Shown here: positions 47,207 to 53,470 of the stretch, in pieces
How positions within the stretch are numbered: the stretch's first letter is position 1
Layout: each line of letters opens with the position of its first letter
NCBI RefSeq assembly: GCF_001194135.2
Contig: NC_068995.1
Coordinates: 32,835,436-32,888,905, forward strand
Source of the DNA: Octopus bimaculoides
Lineage: Eukaryota
Direction of reading: 5' to 3'
Length of the DNA: 53,470 nt
Translations under genes and position numbers: made by a program
Notes under the pieces: model-generated
Databases searched by the model: none
What the model was told of the DNA's origin: nothing
What the model saw: the letters and a program-made list of their open reading frames with translations, nothing else

Positions 47207-47402
47207 GTGTTACTTTAGCATGTCATCTGCTGCAGTATCTATAGTCTAAAGTATACAGTTAGGAATTAGAGGTTAGGGGTTAAATGTTAGGGCTTACGGT
47301 TAGAGTTTAGGGATAAGGTTTAAGGTTAGGGTTAGGTAGGATTAGGGTTTGACTGCACACTAAAGTGTAAATAGCTAGGTGGTCTGCATGCTAAAGTGGC
47401 AC
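47207..47402. mobile_element. MITE-like element with a TTAGGG-variant core
   Basis: Inverted termini gtgttactttagcatg / catgctaaagtggcac (14/16) enclose degenerate telomeric repeats at 47259-47348. Confidence 0.7.
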
Positions 47403-47454
47403 TATCATATTTTTCTGTAGATGCATCCTACCAGTGGAATCATAGAAAGTCAGA

Positions 47455-48060
47455 CTCATCATACTCATTGTTTAATGTCCATTTTCCATGCTGGCATGGG
47501 TTGGATGGTTTGACACGGAGCTGGCCAACCAGGGAGCTGTCCAGACTCCAGTTGTCTTTTGTGGCATGGTTTCTACAGCTAGATGCCCTTCCTAATGCCA
47601 GCCACTTAACAGTGTGCTGGGTACCTTTTACATGCTACTGGCATGGTTGCATTTATGCAGCACTGGCATGGGTGCTTTTTATGTGGCACCAGCACCTGAA
47701 AGGTCAAGCCTGTATGTATGGAAGACAGCGATTTTACTTAGCTTGACATGTCTTTTCAAGTACAGCAAATCGCCACATCTGGTTCCTTGTCATTTCCTTG
47801 GTAAGGCCCAACATCCAAAGATCCTTTTCCACCACTTCGTGCCATGTCTTCCTGGGTTTACCTCTTCCACAGGTTCCTTCACAGTTAGAACTTGGCATAT
47901 CTTTACACAGCTGTCCCCATCTGTACACATTACATGACCAAATCAGCACAGTCTTCTCTTGCACACAACATCTGATGCCTCTTATACCCAGTTTTCCTTT
48001 TAAGTCTTTTACACTCTGTTGTGTGTGTGCACACTGACATTATACATCCAGGGGAGCATG
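47455..48060 (-). mobile_element. RTE ORF2 C-terminus and 3' UTR
   Basis: GTCGRGKPRKTWHEVVEKDLWMLGLTKEMTRNQMWRFAVLEKT is followed by the family 3' UTR. Confidence 0.8.
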
Positions 48061-49283
48061 CTTATGTTGATGATAAAGACGTATATCAACTAAATAGATA
48101 TAAATCTATTCTTGTGATTAGATACAATCAACTGTTGTTAATATGCTATTGTTAATGTAAGTGTATAGATAAATTCAGGAAGTTATCTTTATGAATGACT
48201 GTCTTTCTATGTACATAACACATTTATTTATTCTGACACATAAGCATTGTTATATATTTGCATTCATGAACATACTTTGTCACATAAACTCACATAGATT
48301 CAGTTACCTGCATAGAAACTAAAATCATCATCATCCATCATCATCCTATCTGTAAATAAAATAGGTTCCTGTCTAATGTCTCAAAGTAGACTTCATTATA
48401 CACTGCTTCTATGCTTCAGTTAACTTCTAAGCATCCTGTTGAAAATTTTCTGGAGAGTTGAAGGACTATGGTGAGCTCCAGTGTCAGTTTTGGTATGGTT
48501 TCTACAGCTGGATGCCCTTCCTAACACCAACCACTTTACAGTGTGTGCTTGGTGGGGTTTTTTTTCTTTTCCTTTTCATGCTGTCTGCACTAGTGAGATT
48601 GCCAAGTAACTTGCAGGACAGAAAGGGAAAACAGGGAAAAAATAAAAAAGCTCTCACTTCTAAGTAAGAGAGAGTATTTGAGGTAGGAAGTGGTTTTATA
48701 CCAAGGCTAAGTATAATGCAGGGACAAGCAGAGGTGTCTTTATATATATATATTAATTGTTATCATTTATCTAACACTGTTATTTTGTTTTGAAGTGGTG
48801 GGCAACATGAAGATTAACTAGATAATTCCATTAATCTGATCCAGTTCATTAAAATGTTTATTATAATATGTAATTGCTTGCTGTAAACTAAAAAATTATA
48901 AATGTCTTCTCATGGGATCTCCAAGTGTTTTAGGTCTTATTTCATGTTCTGAAATTGCTAAGCAATAAATTTCCAACTGGATAGGATACTAATCTACATG
49001 GCAGGTAACATTCTCAGCTGATTTAGTGTGTATTCCCAATATGTAAATCAGCTGTGGTTGTGTAGATTGTGTTTGGCCTACAAATACAATATAATGCATT
49101 GTGGAACTGGGAAATAGAAAATTAAAAAAGAAGCATATGTATCAGTGAAGCAATCTTTTGGTCTTATAAGACCTATAAATTTGGTAATGTACTTCTTCCT
49201 AAAGTGAAGGAATATGTTCTAAAACTTAATCTCCAGCTAAAATTTGTCTTTGTCCTTTCACTAGAGTCTGCTTTTAATTTATT

Positions 49284-49620
49284 GGGCATGGCTGTGTGAT
49301 AAGAAGTTTGCTTCCAAACTCCACGGTTCCAGGTTCAGTTTCATGAGACCTTGAACAAATGTCTACTACTATAGTCCCAGGCCAATCAAAGTTTTGTGAG
49401 TGAATTTGGTTGATGGAAACTGAAAGAAGCCCATTATGAGTGTGTATGTGTGTGTTTGTTATACATCGATATAACTTAGTAGTTCATGAAAGGAAACTGA
49501 TAGAATAACTAATAGGCTTAAAAAAAAAACTAAGTACTGTGGTCAATTTGTTTGACTAAAGCTGTTCAAGGCAGTGCCCCAGCATGGCCTCAGTTCAGTG
49601 ACTGAAAAATGTACAGCATA
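49284..49620 (+). mobile_element. Diverged SINE family A
   Basis: Head and tail are recognisable, with CpG decay. Confidence 0.75.
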
Positions 49621-50408
49621 GAAGATATGTGTAATACATAAAAATAGTCCATTAAATCAAAAGAAATAAAAGGTAACTTTGATTTGCAAACAAAAATAGT
49701 TATTCAGTTTAATAACAAAATTATTTACTTCACTAATTAGTTCGTAAGAATTGATCTACATATCTGAAATGATAGCTGAAAGCCTGTACCTGAATAACAT
49801 TACTGCTGCTTGGCTATTTTAGAAGTCATGCTCTAGTTTTGTGTAGTTGTTTGTTATAAGTTGGTGAAGAAAAAAAGTTTGCTCATCTGATTTTCTTTTG
49901 TTTGTGTAGAATGGGTGCTAAGAAGAGAACAAAAAGTAAAACAGCAGCAAATCTTGATTCTATTGTTTTTATTTGGTTTATGATGAGTATGTATGATGTA
50001 TCATGTGACTGAATAACTGTAAACATTTAGTGTGTGTGTAGCATTTTAAATATTTTCTAAACTCTTGTCAGTAAAATCAAACTAAATAGTATTTTCAGGT
50101 GTCATCATTATCATTTTATGATGCATTTCATATTAATTATTGCTGCTAGCATAGTATAGATGGTCTTCTTATTATGTAAATTTAGATATTTACAGAGGAA
50201 ACATTAAAATCTGACCAAAAAACAGATAGATACTTTGTCATTTTTCAACATGGTTGGTTTAGGCATTTAATGAGCTTTACCTAGAAAAATGATGTTCTTA
50301 CTGACCAATATTTCCAGTGACCCCTTCCTTGCCATGCATATTATTTACAGCTAGTAAATAATATCACCTAGTTAGTACTTTTGGAGTAACAAAGCTACAG
50401 ACTAATTG

Positions 50409-50566
50409 GTGCTATTTTGATGTGTGGTTTACCGCAGTATCCATAGTCTATACTGTAAAATGACTTAATTTGGGTTAGGGTTGGGGGTCTAGGTTAGGTT
50501 AGGGTTAAGGTTAGACTCTAATGCTAAAGTATAAATGGCCTGGTAGACTGCATGCTAAAGTAGCAT
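50409..50566. mobile_element. Second copy of the TTAGGG-core MITE family
   Basis: It shares gcagtatc(c/t)atagtcta and ctaaagt(a/g)taaat...ctgcatgctaaagt(a/g)gca with 47207-47402. Confidence 0.65.
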
Positions 50567-51335
50567 TGACTGTTTTCTAAATTCTCAAATAATTCACCAT
50601 TGTAATTTTTTTCTCAATCAAAATTAACCTGGTTTAGTTAAGTTGTTGTTTAACCCTGATTTGAACCGATCTACATGATCAAACCCATTCCAGCTCTGAC
50701 CATCCCATGTTGTTAGGGGTATATAGGACTTTATCTAAGATGTCCTTTCCTATTTTAAGGTGGTAGTGCTACTTCTAGCAAATTGAGCAATGACACTATA
50801 GAGCACTAGTTATTAGTCTTGGGTCCACAGTCACTTGAGGTGGGGAGCAAAAGGTTTAAAATTTAAAGAGGCTGCAGTGTAAAATGTTACTTGTAATTAT
50901 TCAGTTAAATATTTCTTTCAGTTGAGAAATGACTATGGGAAAACAAGTCAATAGCAAGTTAAGAATCAACTTATTTTTAAAAGGCTGGGGCCCATGGGAA
51001 AATTCATTCAAGTAAAAAGAGGTCCTTGATAGTGAAAAGGCTGGGAACCACTGTTAATATAAGTAGATATTATGGCAACACATTTTTCTTTCAAGTGTAG
51101 GTATCTGTCACACCAACTATACTGACTTAAGTCTATGAATATATATTGGCTTGAGAGCAATATCCAAGCATTTGAATGGAATCACACAAGAAACATTAGG
51201 AATTTAGTATTATCTTTTCATCATCATCATTATCATCCCTTCTGTGTGTGCATGCATGCGTGTGTGTGTATGTATGTATGTATTTGTTTGACTAGCTAAG
51301 TAATAATATACTTGCAAATTATTTATACATTTAAG

Positions 51336-51345
51336 CTGCAGCAGC

Positions 51346-51391
<46 letters not shown>
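51336..51391. repeat. (CAG)n(TAG)n microsatellite
   Basis: Read directly. It produces the spurious poly-Leu ORF on the minus strand. Confidence 0.9.
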
Positions 51392-53132
51392 AGAATGAGT
51401 TTACATTACTGCGTGCCAGCACATTTTGTAGTGGCATAGTCTGTTGTGACAATAACAGTTGTTTTCTTGACTTAAGCTTGCTTCCTTACATAATAAGATA
51501 AACAATTATTTTTTTTTTTATATTTGGGCTTTCTTGATAAATGCATTTTGATATTAAAGTAAAGAAAAAAAAAATTTCAAGACAAGTCAAAACTTGAAAT
51601 TTCTTTTATAACTTATATTTAATCTCATATCTAAACATTGGTTGATTAAAAAAAAAAAAATTGTATTATGAGGTCCTTAGATTTACTTTTGCTAAGGATC
51701 TTGCAATACAATTATTTAGGGCCGATCTGATTTAATAGTAATACCATTCTTGGCTTAATAAATGATTAAATAGTTATTTTCTGTTCCTTTCCCCTTAATT
51801 ACATTCTATACATAATTGACTTTGCCAACTTCTAGCTACCTTTCACTTAATTATTTTTCCATGTTGACAATACAGTTAGCTTGTTTATGTCTACTGCAAT
51901 GACAAAACTCAAACATTATTTACAAAAAAACAAAATAAAATATAAAACAGCTGAACAACAGCCAGGTTTAATTAGGACACGTTATTTTAGTTACCAGACT
52001 AATGACTTAAATTATTTGATTTAGCTAAATGTTTAATTTTCTTTTTTTTTGCAAACATGGATGATGGGCCCTTGTTTCTGATATAAAAGCCCAAGGAAGA
52101 TGCATTTAGGTCAGCTATAAGAACATTGAGTGTCACAGGTAAGATAGCATAGGAGTAAGTTACATGAACAGATTCTGAACTTAAGAAGATGTGATGATGA
52201 ATTCCAGTTACTTCTGACTACATAAGGCGTAAATCATAATTGCTGTTTTAAATAATTTAGCTTATGGCCATACTACAGTATCACTATGCATATTTTGTTC
52301 AAATTCAGGTTTCTTTCTGTTGCAGTGTTGCACTATTAATCCTTTCGTTTTTTTTTTACCACCTATCTTTGCAACAAAATGTTTTATTTGAAAATTTCTG
52401 AATGTCTAGAAGACATGTTGTATTCTGGTATGTTTTTGTATATGTATATGCTTGCACACAATAGGCTGTAATAAATTTATCAAAATTAGCTTGTTTTTGA
52501 CAGGCTTTACATTTCATTAAAACCTGTTACAAGGCCATATTTTGCTGAAAAGACTGTTGTTTGACTGTTGAAGTTAATTAACATTGGGCTGAATGGCTAG
52601 TGTGAGTGGCCTGTTGGGAAACCTAAATGATGTAAACATTTTAATGTGTCAACAAGGGAGCCTTTAAGTGGTTGCTCAACTTGCTAGAAACAGCGACCAT
52701 AACTATTTATATAACAATTCCATTATAATATTTTCTTCATTTTCATTTTATATTACCTTATTTCCTTTTTATATATCTTAGTATAGCATCTTTTATTGGC
52801 TTACTTTTATAAAAAATTAAAAAAAATTTTTTTAGTATATATTTTTTAATAATTTTTTTGCTTTTATTATAATTCTTCTCTCAGATATTTTCTTATATTT
52901 CCTCGTATATTTTATAAATCTTAAGATATTATATACTCTTCATATATTTTTCATAATTTTTGTATCCCATAAAATTCATTACATGCTGCAACCTTATTTT
53001 ATCATACATTAAATTATACATTATCCTCTTATTTAGTTATATCTGAAATTCTTTCTAGCCTTTATATATTTACATTTTGCTTCAATGGTATAGGTAAACT
53101 AAGGTTAAAACTTCTTCAATTTATATATATAT

Positions 53133-53470
53133 AAGGATAAACCTCTGTACCTGGCTTTCGTTGACATGGAGAAAGCCTTTGACAGGGTCCCTCGATCCCT
53201 TATCTGGTGGTCAATGAGGAAACTTGGGATAGAAGAATGGTTAGTGAGAGCTGTGCGAGCCATGTACAGAGATGCTGCCAGTAAGGTGAGGGTTGGAAAT
53301 GAGTACAGCAATGAATTCCGGGTAGAGGTAGGGGTCCACCAAGGTTCCGTCCTCAGCCCCCTATTATTTACCATAGTCCTCCAGGCAATCACAGAGGAGT
53401 TCAAGACAGGTTGCCCCTGGGAGCTCCTCTATGCTGATGACCTTGCCCTAATTGCGGAGTCACTATCAGA
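53133..53470 (+). mobile_element. 5'-truncated RTE LINE, reverse-transcriptase core in an open frame (runs off the window)
   Basis: KDKPLYLAFVDMEKAFDRVPRSLIWWSMRKLG...VGVHQGSVLSPLLF...WELLYADDLALIAESLS has no stops over about 112 codons. Its end overlaps the start of the 22900 copy. Confidence 0.95.

Noticed and set aside
50804-51053. hAT (Charlie-like) MITE ending GGGAACCACTG; similar start at about 46020
   Set aside because: Only one terminus is convincing in each case and no 8-bp TSD was found, so it was not listed as a feature.
53105-53404. 99-aa minus-strand ORF
   Set aside because: It is the antisense reading of the plus-strand RTE reverse transcriptase.
1-53470. CRISPR arrays, operons, rRNA, true chromosome ends
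   Set aside because: No regularly spaced repeat-spacer array, no prokaryote-like gene density and no rRNA sequence. The TTAGGG tracts are short, degenerate and internal.

Overview
This is AT-rich eukaryotic draft-assembly DNA with six N gaps (5218-6110, 7355-7619, 8011-8720, 19369-19562, 21943-22358, 28670-28769). The repeat content looks like an octopod cephalopod (Octopus-like); this is an inference from remembered SINE/RTE families, not a database hit. The only confident gene is a tRNA-Lys(CTT) at 6783-6855. No confident host protein-coding gene is present, and most listed ORFs are artefacts of gaps, microsatellites or antisense reading of repeats. The window is dominated by mobile DNA: an RTE-clade LINE family with (GAT)n tails, at least three tRNA-derived SINE families, five non-autonomous Helitrons, several MITEs, and relics of CRE-like, R4/Dong-like and Tx1-like retrotransposons. 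The most interesting observations are: (i) a ~970-bp element whose ~76-bp terminal inverted repeats enclose the zinc-knuckle/restriction-like endonuclease end of a CRE-clade retrotransposon; (ii) a 280-bp near-perfect palindrome; (iii) a C4HC3 PHD-like finger inside the RTE reverse-transcriptase ORF; (iv) a hAT MITE with mirrored octamer+CCAAT modules; (v) a head-to-tail Helitron pair with an internally deleted Rep-helicase; (vi) a MITE family with a TTAGGG core. A few weak exon/promoter candidates suggest a host gene may be spread across the window.
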